Assembly (NCBI GenBank): GCA_034530615.2
Contig: JAVRCV020000026.1
Location: 1 to 64,000 of the forward strand
Origin: Aulosira sp. ZfuVER01
GTDB lineage: Bacteria > Cyanobacteriota > Cyanobacteriia > Cyanobacteriales > Nostocaceae
Length of the DNA: 64,000 nucleotides
Direction of reading: 5' to 3'
Shown piece by piece: positions 40,167 through 49,867 of this stretch. A program made the translations under genes and the position numbers. The notes beneath the pieces are model-generated. The model was not told the DNA's origin, searched no databases, and saw nothing but the letters and a program-made list of their open reading frames with translations. Each line of letters opens with the position of its first letter. Positions within the stretch are counted from its first letter, which is position 1.

Positions 40167-42323
40167 TTACGATTTCATCTCCCCATATTTTGGACTCCAC
40201 CAACCTTTTTGTGTATGGAAGTAAGCGACATCTTTATGTTTCTTATCTTGACGAGATTGGGGATCGGAACATCGCAGCATGGTTTTACGCTGTCCATCTT
40301 TGGTGTAGCTGTATTCTTCTAAAAATTTTTTGCACACTGGACAGGGATACGAGCTAATTTTGCTTGGCAACTTTTCATCCTTGGTTTCTTTATTTCGCGG
40401 TGCTTCCCAAGCTTTCTGTAATTCATTCCAAAATAGAACAATATTTTCACAGCCGCTATTACATTTGAGGAAGTATTTCTTTTTGACTTTACTGCTAGGA
40501 ATTTTAACAAGACAGTTATTACATTCAGGGCAACGAGTTCTAGAAGTTTCAAATTTGCGTTCAGCGACAGCAGCAGTTTTAACCCCATTTCCTGAACTCA
40601 CAACTACAGTTTTGGCTTTTGCTAATGCTGGTGCAAAGTAATTTTGATTCCAACTGGTGAGGTATTGTTGCCAAGGCTGTTTTCCGGATGCGATCGCATC
40701 TAGAGCATCTTCCATTTTGGCGGTAAATTCTGCCTCTAGTAAATCTGGTAATGCTTTTTGTAAAAAAACGTCAACTTCTAACCCTAGAGTTGTCGGTTGG
40801 ATAATTTCTTTTGTTAGCTGGATATAATCCCGTTTTTTCAACGTAGCAATGGTGGGAGAATAGGTACTGGGACGACCAATGCCTTTACGCTCCATTAATT
40901 GCACTAATTTGGGTTCGCTGTAACGCGGTGGCGGTTGAGTTTGTTTTTTCTCGTGTCCTGCATCTGCTAAAGTTAACATCTGTCCCTGTTGCAAGGCAGG
41001 TAAGATAGTATCTTTACCAAGATTAGGCCAGTAGCGTGCATATCCTAAAAACTCGACTACTTGCCCTCTAGCTTGCCAAAAAATTTCCCCAGATTTAGTA
41101 ATAACTTTGGTTTTCCGCAGTTGAGCAGGGCGACATTGAGAAGCGATCGCTCTTTTCCAAATTAAAACATACAAGTTAAACTCGTCGGCAGGCAATTGCA
41201 CTCGTAACTCCGCCGAAGGGCGAAATACATCTGTCGGACGAATCGCTTCATGGGCTTCTTGCGCAGTTTTGTTGCTGCGATGTCTCGTTGTGCGTTGCGG
41301 TACATTCTGCGGATCGTTTGCTTCTAACCACTGACGCGCACTTTCACAGAACTCAGGACTTAACATCACTGAATCTGTCCGCATATATGTAATTAACCCT
41401 GCTTCATAAAGCTTTTGGGCTACTTGCATGGTTTTCTCTGGTGCAAATCGCAACCGCGAACCAGCCGCTTGCTGGAGAGTAGAGGTGATAAAAGGTGGCG
41501 GTGCTTGGCGGTTGTTAACTTTCCCCTCATATTGCACAACTTGATGGGGATGGCGTTTTGCTTCTTCTACTAAGCGGTTGGCTTCGGCTTCGGAAAGTAC
41601 GCGCGTAGATTCTGGCGCTGTTTGGGTATTGATAACAGTATCATCAGTAACTTCTGTTTCCTGCTTGGCTGCATCCTGGGGAGCATTCGCCATCCCGTGA
41701 TAAAAAGCCCGGAATCCCTCCGCATAGTCTACCCAGACACTCCAGTAATCTTGGGGTACAAAGGTTTGTATTTCGCGTTCTCGCTGACAAATTAGGTGTA
41801 ATGTGGCACTCTGAACTCTGCCTACACTCTTAGCACCATTATTTAATGCCCATACTAACGGGCTGCCCTTATAGCCTACTAGTTTATCGAGGCAATCTCG
41901 ACACAAACCTGCACCGACTAAATTTAGGTCAAGTTTTCGCGGATGAGCGATCGCATTTCTGACAGCCGATGCGGTAATTTCTGTGTATACTACTCGCTTG
42001 GCTTCCCTTAAACCTAGCACTTCCTTAAGATGCCAAGCGATTGTTTCCCCTTCCCTATCTGGGTCTGTGGCTAAAACAACTTCACTTACCTGTTTCGCTA
42101 CAGTCTTTAATTGCTGGATGGTTTCTTTTGAACGTTGGTCGCGGGGAACATAGTTGCATTTAACGTTACCGTTATCCATACTAAATCCCAGCGAATCTTC
42201 CCCCTGGTCGCTGAGTTCGCGAATGTGACCGCAACTTGCACGCACAATCCACTCAGCACCGAGAATTTCGCTGAGTTTTTTGACTTTACCAGGAGATTCG
42301 ACAACTAGAAGGCGTTTAGGCAT
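40167..42323 (-). CDS. topA: Type IA DNA topoisomerase with C-terminal Zn-ribbons (probably an accessory copy)
   Basis: VESPGK, GHI, ATDPDREGE, GRVQS, LITYMRTDS, AHEAIRPT, GIGRPSTY. Confidence 0.9.
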   Translation of the reverse strand: MPKRLLVVESPGKVKKLSEILGAEWIVRASCGHIRELSDQGEDSLGFSMDNGNVKCNYVPRDQRSKETIQQLKTVAKQVSEVVLATDPDREGETIAWHLKEVLGLREAKRVVYTEITASAVRNAIAHPRKLDLNLVGAGLCRDCLDKLVGYKGSPLVWALNNGAKSVGRVQSATLHLICQREREIQTFVPQDYWSVWVDYAEGFRAFYHGMANAPQDAAKQETEVTDDTVINTQTAPESTRVLSEAEANRLVEEAKRHPHQVVQYEGKVNNRQAPPPFITSTLQQAAGSRLRFAPEKTMQVAQKLYEAGLITYMRTDSVMLSPEFCESARQWLEANDPQNVPQRTTRHRSNKTAQEAHEAIRPTDVFRPSAELRVQLPADEFNLYVLIWKRAIASQCRPAQLRKTKVITKSGEIFWQARGQVVEFLGYARYWPNLGKDTILPALQQGQMLTLADAGHEKKQTQPPPRYSEPKLVQLMERKGIGRPSTYSPTIATLKKRDYIQLTKEIIQPTTLGLEVDVFLQKALPDLLEAEFTAKMEDALDAIASGKQPWQQYLTSWNQNYFAPALAKAKTVVVSSGNGVKTAAVAERKFETSRTRCPECNNCLVKIPSSKVKKKYFLKCNSGCENIVLFWNELQKAWEAPRNKETKDEKLPSKISSYPCPVCKKFLEEYSYTKDGQRKTMLRCSDPQSRQDKKHKDVAYFHTQKGWWSPKYGEMKS

Positions 42324-42376
42324 AGCACCCGCTTGTTAGATGCTGTATAACTGATACAACTTTTTATCATATATTT

Positions 42377-42390
42377 AGTATAAATGTACT
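42377..42390. promoter_or_regulatory. Cyanobacterial LexA-like box AGTATAAATGTACT
   Basis: One mismatch to RGTAC-N3-DGTWCB; lies between divergent topA and recD2. Confidence 0.6.
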
Positions 42391-42419
42391 ATAAATCTCT
42401 TATTGTTAATCAGCAAACA

Positions 42420-44705
42420 ATGTCCACGTTAGTAGAACAGCAGGAAACTATTACCGGAGTAGTCGAACGCTTGACTTTCTACTCTGAGGAATCAGGGTAT
42501 ACAGTGGCACGGCTGACACGCTCTGGTATTAAAGATTTAACTACAATTGTTGGTAGCTTCGCAAATATCCAGCCTGGGCAAACACTGCAACTCACAGGCT
42601 TCTGGCGTGACCATCCCCAGTACGGGCCGCAATTTCAAGTCATAAATTACAAAGAAACTAAACCTGCAAGTCTGACAGGGATTGAAAAGTATTTGGGTAG
42701 CGGATTAATTAAAGGTGTAGGGCCAGTCACAGCCAAGCGGATAGTTGCTCACTTTGGACTGGAAACTCTAGAAATTATTGAAAACCAAATTGAGCGCTTA
42801 GTGGAAGTTCAAGGTATAGCTAAGAAGCGAATCAATATGATTAAAACCGCTTGGGAAACCCAAAAAGCCATCAAAGAAGTGATGGTGTTCTTGCAAGGAC
42901 ATGGTGTTTCTACTACCTACGCAGTAAAAATTTATAAACAGTACGGTGATGAGGCGATCGCTACAGTTACTCATAACCCCTATCAATTAGCTACCGATAT
43001 CTATGGTATTGGCTTTCTGACTGCTGATAAAATTGCTCGTAATTTAGGCGTTACACCAGATTCCGAGTTTAGATACCGTGCGGGAATTATCCATGCTTTG
43101 AGTGAAGCGGCGGAAGATGGACACTGTTATTTACCCCAAGCGGAATTGGTTGAGAAAGTCATTCCCTTATTAACTACTGACACTCATCAACCCCCAGAAG
43201 CCGCACTTACAACAACTATCAAAGACATGGCTCTCAAGGATGAGCTAATTAGAGAAAGTAGTGCCGATAAAATAGTTAATTGCTACAAGCCAACTTTCTT
43301 CTACACAGAACAAAACCTAGCGCAACTTGTACAGCAACGCCTGAATCAACCTGTTGCTACCGACTTTCCCCGCGTCCGTACTTGGCTGGAACGCTTTACC
43401 GCCAGTCAGAAAATTGAACTTTCTACCCAGCAACAACAAGCGGTAGAAATGGCTGCTTACGCCCCTGTAATGATTTTGACAGGTGGGCCTGGAGTCGGTA
43501 AAACGTTCACCACCCACACCATTGTTTCACTATGGAAAGCGATGGGTAAATCTATTGCCTTAGCTGCACCCACAGGACGCGCCGCCCAACGTTTGAGTGA
43601 AATGACTGGTTTAGAAGCGAAAACCATACATCGCTTGTTGGAATTTGATCCTAAAACAATGGGTTTTAAGCGTGACAGCGAAAATCCTTTGCCTGAAACG
43701 GCGATTATCGTTGATGAAGCGAGTATGCTGGATTTATTTCTCGCTAACTCGCTGCTGAAAGCTATAGGAAAAAATGCTCAACTGTTGTTAGTAGGAGATA
43801 TCGATCAGTTACCATCTGTAGGGCCAGGAAGCATACTCGCTGACCTAATTAATTCTAGTCGAGTGCCTGTAGTCCGGTTAAATCAAGTATTCCGCCAAGC
43901 CCAACAAAGCGCCATCGTCACCGCCGCCCATCAAATCAATCGCGGACATTATCCCACAATTGAACCGATATGCGATCGCCCCGTTTCTGATTGTATTTGG
44001 CATGGTGGCGGGTATCAGCCAGAACACGGCGTTCAAGCAATTTGCGAACTGATTACAGACTTAATTCCTAATTTAGGGTTTAATCCCGCTACCGATGTGC
44101 AAGTACTTTGTCCCATGTCACGGGGAGTAGTAGGTACTCGCAACCTCAACCAAGTGTTGCAAGAACTGATTAATCCTCCCAGTGCTGAGAAAGTGGAAAT
44201 CTCCAGAGGTGGAATTAAACTGCGGGTAGGCGACAGAGTGATTCAGCAGACTAACGACTATCAACGGGAAGTATTTAACGGAGATTTGGGAATAATTACC
44301 GCCATTGATACTGTTGAGCAAGAAGTGAATGTCCAGTATTGCGAACGTATTGTCACTTACGATTATGCTGATTTAAATGAAATATCCCTAGCATTTGCCA
44401 CCTCAATTCATAAAAGCCAAGGCTCTGAATATCCGGTAGTAATTCTGCCAATATATATGCAACACTACATGATGCTGAGTCGTAACCTCATCTATACTGG
44501 TTTAACTCGTGCTAAACAATTGGCGATTATTATTGGTGCAAAAAAAGTAATCTCCTTAGCTGTAAATTCCAGCGAGAGACAACAACGTTACACGCAATTG
44601 CAACAGAGATTAATTCAGGCTGGATTGCATTCATCAATTATTGACAATCAAAACTCTAGCATCAGTCAATATTTTGAATATCAAACCACAGATGAACAAA
44701 GATAA
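42420..44705 (+). CDS. recD2: RecD2-like SF1B DNA helicase
   Basis: GVGPVTA HhH, NPY, GGPGVGKT, APTGRAA, DEASM, GDIDQLPSVG, SIHKSQGSE, YTGLTRA. Confidence 0.92.
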   Translation: MSTLVEQQETITGVVERLTFYSEESGYTVARLTRSGIKDLTTIVGSFANIQPGQTLQLTGFWRDHPQYGPQFQVINYKETKPASLTGIEKYLGSGLIKGVGPVTAKRIVAHFGLETLEIIENQIERLVEVQGIAKKRINMIKTAWETQKAIKEVMVFLQGHGVSTTYAVKIYKQYGDEAIATVTHNPYQLATDIYGIGFLTADKIARNLGVTPDSEFRYRAGIIHALSEAAEDGHCYLPQAELVEKVIPLLTTDTHQPPEAALTTTIKDMALKDELIRESSADKIVNCYKPTFFYTEQNLAQLVQQRLNQPVATDFPRVRTWLERFTASQKIELSTQQQQAVEMAAYAPVMILTGGPGVGKTFTTHTIVSLWKAMGKSIALAAPTGRAAQRLSEMTGLEAKTIHRLLEFDPKTMGFKRDSENPLPETAIIVDEASMLDLFLANSLLKAIGKNAQLLLVGDIDQLPSVGPGSILADLINSSRVPVVRLNQVFRQAQQSAIVTAAHQINRGHYPTIEPICDRPVSDCIWHGGGYQPEHGVQAICELITDLIPNLGFNPATDVQVLCPMSRGVVGTRNLNQVLQELINPPSAEKVEISRGGIKLRVGDRVIQQTNDYQREVFNGDLGIITAIDTVEQEVNVQYCERIVTYDYADLNEISLAFATSIHKSQGSEYPVVILPIYMQHYMMLSRNLIYTGLTRAKQLAIIIGAKKVISLAVNSSERQQRYTQLQQRLIQAGLHSSIIDNQNSSISQYFEYQTTDEQR

Positions 44706-44818
44706 AAGAAGCATCCCAATTTTGCACCAATATCCAGAACTAACGCAAAAACCCTTTTAAACTTTCTTTCCTTTGTGTTCTTTGTGCCCTTTGCGGTTCG
44801 TTATTTTATTAGATATCA

Positions 44819-45538
44819 ATGACATCTGAATGCAACTCAATTTTTATACAAGAAATAGCAGAGTTTCTTAATTGCTTATTTAATGTTGAACGCTTCCCTA
44901 CAACTGAAAGAGGAGGCATATATTTAGCATCATCAAATCCTATAACACGCATAGGATTAGCACTTGAACCAGACACACAGTTACAAGATTGGATAAAAAC
45001 CCACAATTTAGACGCACTATTCTTACATCGCCCTTGGAAATTAACAGCAGATAAAATTCCATCCGAACTTGGAATAATCTCCTACCATCTACCATTTGAT
45101 GAGTGCTTGACGCTAGGTTTCAATCTCCGCCTTGCTCAAGTTTTGAGAATGTCTGAACTAGAAGTATTAGGAAAAAAAGAAACCAGAGCAATTGGCATGA
45201 TTGGAAATATTCCGACTCAAAGCTTTGAGCATTTGTGCAATTGTATTACTCCAATTTTCGGCGGACAAGAACGAATACATCCAGCAGTTAATTCTGAAAT
45301 GAAACGCATTGCTGTTGTTGGTGCAATGACAGATGCGTTAGTCCGGGAAGCAGCAGAACGTGGTGCTGATGTCTACATTACAGGACAGTTACGACAACCA
45401 GCCGCAGCAGCACTGCAAGAAACTAAAATAGGAGCGATCGCAGTTGGTCATCGTCGCAGTGAAGTATGGGGTTTACGTTCCTTAGCTGGGATTTTACAAG
45501 AACGCTGGGCTGATTTGGCAGTATTTGTCAAACATTAA
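44819..45538 (+). CDS. NIF3-like (DUF34) metal-binding protein
   Basis: LHRP, YHLPFD, YITG, GHRRSE. Confidence 0.75.
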   Translation: MTSECNSIFIQEIAEFLNCLFNVERFPTTERGGIYLASSNPITRIGLALEPDTQLQDWIKTHNLDALFLHRPWKLTADKIPSELGIISYHLPFDECLTLGFNLRLAQVLRMSELEVLGKKETRAIGMIGNIPTQSFEHLCNCITPIFGGQERIHPAVNSEMKRIAVVGAMTDALVREAAERGADVYITGQLRQPAAAALQETKIGAIAVGHRRSEVWGLRSLAGILQERWADLAVFVKH

Positions 45539-45541
45539 ATC

Positions 45542-45580
45542 AGGCAAAAGGCAATATATAAATACTATTGCCTCTTGCCT
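45542..45580. terminator. Hairpin between convergent genes
   Basis: AGGCAAAAGGCAATA ... TATTGCCTCTTGCCT. Confidence 0.55.
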
Positions 45581-45596
45581 ATAAAAAGAATAGCAA

Positions 45597-45866
45597 TTAA
45601 ACACCAGCAGGTTGTTCGTTTAGCAATTGAGCCATTGCTTCATCCACAGTTTTATTGAGGTACACAGCTCGTTCATCTACTGCTCTCACCCAGTTGATCG
45701 GAAACCAGTGATGTTTTCCATCAGGAGCATTGTTTTTTGTCAATTTGATGTAATTGCCCCCTTCTACGGAGTCAATATTTCCAATATGTGTGTCCGATGC
45801 TCCTGCTAAACCGCCAGGGCCTTCTGCGTAGACGGGCATGCGTTCTTTAATTTGTGATACGTTCAT
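45597..45866 (-). CDS. DUF2171-like protein
   Basis: HIGNID, IKLTK...DGKHHWFPINWV, VYLNK. Confidence 0.8.
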   Translation of the reverse strand: MNVSQIKERMPVYAEGPGGLAGASDTHIGNIDSVEGGNYIKLTKNNAPDGKHHWFPINWVRAVDERAVYLNKTVDEAMAQLLNEQPAGV

Positions 45867-45914
45867 TGTCAGCCTCCTATTTTAATGCTTAAAAATTCTC
45901 TTCAACTAAGGTTT

Positions 45915-46136
45915 CTATTTGTTTGTGCCAGTAGAGTTTGATTCTTTAGCTGGGCGTTGGGTTGCAGGAGGATAATTAACAGCTTCGTCAACTCTGAGAG
46001 TTTCTGCATTAGTTAAATTCTCTGGCAGAAGATCTTCAGGATTTACTGTTTTATCCACAGCATCATCAATTATTCCATTAGCATTAACATTGGGTTTGTC
46101 AGAAGCGCCTTTATGACTAGCATGACCACCAGGCAT
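45915..46136 (-). CDS. Small hydrophilic hypothetical protein
   Basis: 73-aa ORF with AGGGG upstream. Confidence 0.65.
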   Translation of the reverse strand: MPGGHASHKGASDKPNVNANGIIDDAVDKTVNPEDLLPENLTNAETLRVDEAVNYPPATQRPAKESNSTGTNK

Positions 46137-46440
46137 AATTTGTTCCCCTTAAGTTCTACGTCTAAACATACCTAGCCTAGACTTTTTGATTTTGAAAAAT
46201 ACACTATCAGAAGGCTGAGAGCAGAAGGATATAGATCGCGTCTTGGGTTATACAGCGTTTTCAGCTAAATGAAGTACACAAGTAGGAAAAATTGTTAACC
46301 TGTGTCAAATTGAGCGTGCCAGTTGCTACCCTGTGACTTGAAAGTCCACTTATAAAAGCATTGCTAGTCTGTCTGATTCTAATATCAACTATTGCTGTAA
46401 GTAGCGAATTATATTTGTCTAAAACTTTTCAAATATGCTT

Positions 46441-46854
46441 TTATACTCGCTCAACAACTTCATCTTTTTCCCAAATAACTGATTCTTCCATTGTCCCAAG
46501 CTCCGCGAAAGCTTTGGCAGCTTTAAGGGTTGTATTTAGGTCAACGCAGGACTTAGCCGGATAAATACCTTCTTGACCCCCAACTATTACAAATTCATCT
46601 ATATCTGATTTAAATGGGTCAACAAGATAATGAAAACTCTCATTATCAAATGTTAAATACACTATATATTTGTCTAAACCACCACCCACCGCCATGTGAG
46701 TTTCGCCATCCGTTTCTAAGGTTACAAGTGTTTTGTGATGCCCATCCAACTCTCTAATAGCTAATTCTATTTCTTGCCAGCTATGCGCTTGCTCTACACT
46801 TCCCTTGTTCTGATTACCAATCCAATCTTCAACTGAAAATTTTGTTATAAACAT
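46441..46854 (-). CDS. Imm1-family immunity protein (putative)
   Basis: MAVGGG...VGGQEGIYP...VDLNTTLKAAKAFAELG...VIWE pattern; GAGG ribosome site overlaps the upstream stop. Confidence 0.75.
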   Translation of the reverse strand: MFITKFSVEDWIGNQNKGSVEQAHSWQEIELAIRELDGHHKTLVTLETDGETHMAVGGGLDKYIVYLTFDNESFHYLVDPFKSDIDEFVIVGGQEGIYPAKSCVDLNTTLKAAKAFAELGTMEESVIWEKDEVVERV

Positions 46855-46862
46855 AATTAACC

Positions 46863-47247
46863 TCACATCAGTGTAATCGTTTGACGACCGCTAGGGCTAA
46901 TAACTTCTATTTCTTCTAGACCAAGCTGTCTAGCCATTCCTTTCACACCTCCGTTCTGACCACATGCTCTGCAAAGATCCCGATCAACTGTTAAACGCGC
47001 TTTTCCTCCTCTTAATCCTGCATCAAAGGCTTGTTGAAAGGCATCAGCTTCAGCATGTGTGCGACTAATTGGATTTACTTTAAGTGTAATCTTTCTGCGA
47101 TTGGGGTTACTGCCTGCACTGATACCAAAAAATACGCTACCACCTATCTCTAACTTTGCGATTGTAGCGCGATCGCCTTCACTTCCTGCTGGAGGAAGAC
47201 CAAGCAGTTGCCTATACTCTGCTAATTCTTCAAAAATAAGCTTTCAC
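46863..47247 (-). CDS. Zn-dependent nucleic-acid deaminase toxin-like domain (absent from ORF track; start disrupted or non-canonical)
   Basis: Open frame 47243-46863 encodes ...THAEADAFQQAFDAG...LTVDRDLCRACG...EVISPSG (HAE + CxxC); GTG at 47247 is one base out of frame. Confidence 0.8.
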
Positions 47248-47312
47248 CCTGATAAAAGTAACTGTTATATTTACGATGCACTATGACCTAAATACTGCTT
47301 GGTTAAGGATTT

Positions 47313-47350
47313 AAAAAAATTTGATCGTTCTGCTTCGCTACAATCTAAAA
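47313..47350 (-). other. Conserved element downstream of caspase-FGE gene 1 (TTTTAGATTGTAGCGAAGCAGAACGATCAAATTTTTT)
   Basis: Near-identical to 52499-52535 and at nearly the same distance from the stop codon. Confidence 0.8.
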
Positions 47351-47397
47351 GCAAAAAAGAACAAGCGTAAAGGGAAAAAGGACTAAAGCATAAAGAG

Positions 47398-49296
47398 CTA
47401 GCGAAGAATCCTCCCGAACGCGCAGACAACACGAAAACCAAGATCCAGATAGATGCTATCGCGCTCTGCCCAATAGTGGAAGCTACGGAACGTGGAACGG
47501 CAGTACCTAGGGCTACTGCCCCAGGAACCGCCACGCCGTATACGAGACTGATTATCATTAAGCCAAGCACTACCATCTGTTGGCGCTTTTTTATAGCTTT
47601 CATGGTAAGTATCTTGACACCACTCCTCAACGTTCCCGTGCATGTCGTATAATCCAAAGCCGTTGGGTGTAAAACTTCCTACTTCTGTTGTTTCTCCACG
47701 TTTTTTGCCTAATGGCTCAGAACCGTAGGTGTCAGTCCCATCGTAGTTAGCTAACTCAGTTGTTATCGTTTGTCCGAAGTAAAATGGTGTAGTCGTTCCT
47801 GCTCGACAAGCATATTCCCACTCTGCTTCACTTGGTAGGCGATATTGTTTGTTTGTATATTTGGAGAGGCGATCGCAAAACTCAACTGCATCATTCCAGG
47901 AAACTTGCTCTACTGGTCGGTTGTCTCCTTTGAAATTTGATGGGTCAGCTTTCAGGTCATACTTAACTTTGGGTAGTGTTGCTACTCTTCTCCATTGCGC
48001 TTGAGTGACTGGATTTTTACCCATGAAGAATGATTTAACCGTTACTTGATGTTGCGGTTTTTCTCTTTTAAACCCATCCCATTTGAATTTTTGCACAAGC
48101 CTTTCTATTTCTTCATCTTCCGTCCCCATCATGAATTTGCCACTAGGGATATGCATTATTTCTAAAATGACACCATTGCCTAAGTCTTCAGTAAAATATT
48201 GAGCTTGGCGTTGTTCTCGTTTAATTTCTTGACCTTTGGCATTTACCGTAACCACATCAAATTTAAATACTTGTAGTTCAGGAGTGACTGACTTCTCTTC
48301 CCTTGAGCAAGTAATAAGCTCAGAAATTACTTCGGTTAACCTCTCTCCTCTTGAGGAAGTAACAGGCTCAGGAGTTGGGGATGGTGAAGAAACTCCCTGT
48401 TTATTGGCAATTCTGATAAATGCTTCAATTACCTGCACATCTGAACCCCTAGCAGCCACATTCACCCGCAACCATAATTGTCTAGCTAATTCCCAATCTC
48501 CTTTAACCTCAGCTTGATAAGCATCTATTTTCAGTTGGTTAATATCATGAAGCGTGGCGTAGTCGGGTAACAAAATTAGGTGTAGTTTTGTGGCAGGTTC
48601 GGCTGTAACATAGGGATTTTGCAGAGTTTTTCGGTGTATTTGATTAATTGCGGGTACTCTTGCTTGTAAATATCTATCCAATCTTTCTACTGTGGCGCAG
48701 TTTCCTTCACCTGCTATCCTCAACCCTTCTAACAAAGCTTGGGTGAATGAGCCATGTTGTAACTGCTCAATTTCATAAGACTTTTGACTGGGACTGCAAG
48801 AGTAAAAGGTGACTACTCCTTGATGTTCTTCTCCAATACCCACTCCCCGTCTGCTACCTTCATCACGGCAAGCATCCAAAAACAACACTACATTATCTGC
48901 CCCACTGCGGCGCAATCTTTGGGTAACAAATTCCACAGGGATTGCTGTATGTTCTACATCGCCTGGGTCGCTATCTATTAGCATAAGATAATCGCGATCG
49001 CCTTCCCGACAGCCATGACCTGCAAAGAAAAACCAGAGATTATCTCCTGGTTCTAGTAGTGGCGTTTCAAAGTTTGCTCTTAAGAACCGCCGCAAGTTAC
49101 CGTAAGTAGGCTGAGTGGGTATAGGCGGATTGGTTGGGATTGGGGGAGAATCATCAGTGAAGAGGAAAACTTGATCAAATCTGGCTTCCTTGCCAAACCA
49201 ATCGCGCATAGCTTCGGCGTCTAGTTTGGCGTAATTTAGGTGCTGAAGATTGTTGTATTGATTAATGCCAATTGCTACTGCCCAATTTTTAGCCAT
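47398..49296 (-). CDS. Caspase-like (C14) peptidase + FGE-sulfatase/CLec domain protein, soluble
   Basis: FAGHG and FLDAC dyad; RLPSEAEWEYACRAG, LYDMHGNV, RGGSW, GFRVV; start at ATG 49296. Confidence 0.92.
   Translation of the reverse strand: MAKNWAVAIGINQYNNLQHLNYAKLDAEAMRDWFGKEARFDQVFLFTDDSPPIPTNPPIPTQPTYGNLRRFLRANFETPLLEPGDNLWFFFAGHGCREGDRDYLMLIDSDPGDVEHTAIPVEFVTQRLRRSGADNVVLFLDACRDEGSRRGVGIGEEHQGVVTFYSCSPSQKSYEIEQLQHGSFTQALLEGLRIAGEGNCATVERLDRYLQARVPAINQIHRKTLQNPYVTAEPATKLHLILLPDYATLHDINQLKIDAYQAEVKGDWELARQLWLRVNVAARGSDVQVIEAFIRIANKQGVSSPSPTPEPVTSSRGERLTEVISELITCSREEKSVTPELQVFKFDVVTVNAKGQEIKREQRQAQYFTEDLGNGVILEIMHIPSGKFMMGTEDEEIERLVQKFKWDGFKREKPQHQVTVKSFFMGKNPVTQAQWRRVATLPKVKYDLKADPSNFKGDNRPVEQVSWNDAVEFCDRLSKYTNKQYRLPSEAEWEYACRAGTTTPFYFGQTITTELANYDGTDTYGSEPLGKKRGETTEVGSFTPNGFGLYDMHGNVEEWCQDTYHESYKKAPTDGSAWLNDNQSRIRRGGSWGSSPRYCRSTFRSFHYWAERDSIYLDLGFRVVCAFGRILR
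47420..47532 (-). other. Putative DGR variable region of gene 1
   Basis: 113-nt ungapped alignment to 52319-52431 with identical flanks and a hypervariable interior. Confidence 0.6.
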
Positions 49297-49419
49297 TCTG
49301 CGTTGGTATGCTCGTCTTGTTGCCAGTTTACGTGTTACTACTGAATAATAGTAATGCAATAGCGCTGGAAGCTTTGGTAAAAGCTAGTTAAATCAAGAAT
49401 AATCTAAATAATTAAAATT

Positions 49420-49854
49420 ATGTCAGCAGAACATCCTACCCCAAAAGCTATCTGGATTATTACAGAAGAAGTAGCGGAAACTTCAAATACAACCACTGAA
49501 ACTTACACAGATACCGTCACCAGAGGTGGAGCCAGAAGCGGTACTCAAGATACAGGCGGAAGACTGGGCGGAATTCAAACCAAGGAAGAAATAGTTATCA
49601 GTCAAAAAAAAGGCGAACTAGTAATTACTAGACGCAAAGTAGAAGTATCTCAACTCAAGCAAGAAATGAAGGGATTTCTCCAAGCAATGCGGGAGATGCT
49701 TGATGAAGCGGAAGAACCCAATTCAAAAATGCAGTTAGATGAGGTTGAACTTTCAGTAGAAATTAATGGGGAAGGACAAGTCAGCCTGTTTGGGCTTGGT
49801 GGTGGTAAAGCCGGCGGAAAAGGCGCGATGACTTTTAAGTTTAAGCGGAAATAA
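49420..49854 (+). CDS. Pepco-like (peptidase co-occurring) domain protein
   Basis: Helix followed by MQLDEVELSVEINGEGQVSLFGLGGGKAGGKGAMTFKFKR; directly upstream of a caspase gene. Confidence 0.7.
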   Translation: MSAEHPTPKAIWIITEEVAETSNTTTETYTDTVTRGGARSGTQDTGGRLGGIQTKEEIVISQKKGELVITRRKVEVSQLKQEMKGFLQAMREMLDEAEEPNSKMQLDEVELSVEINGEGQVSLFGLGGGKAGGKGAMTFKFKRK

Positions 49855-49867
49855 TTGGTAGTTGAAG

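Noticed and set aside
42344..42358. NtcA site between topA and recD2
   Set aside because: Spacing is GTA-N7-TAC, not N8
47059..47657. ORFs 47059..47286(+) and 47271..47657(-), and likewise 52378..52569(+)
   Set aside because: Shadow frames over the deaminase and the variable regions; the shared CSEAERSNF peptide just translates the conserved non-coding element
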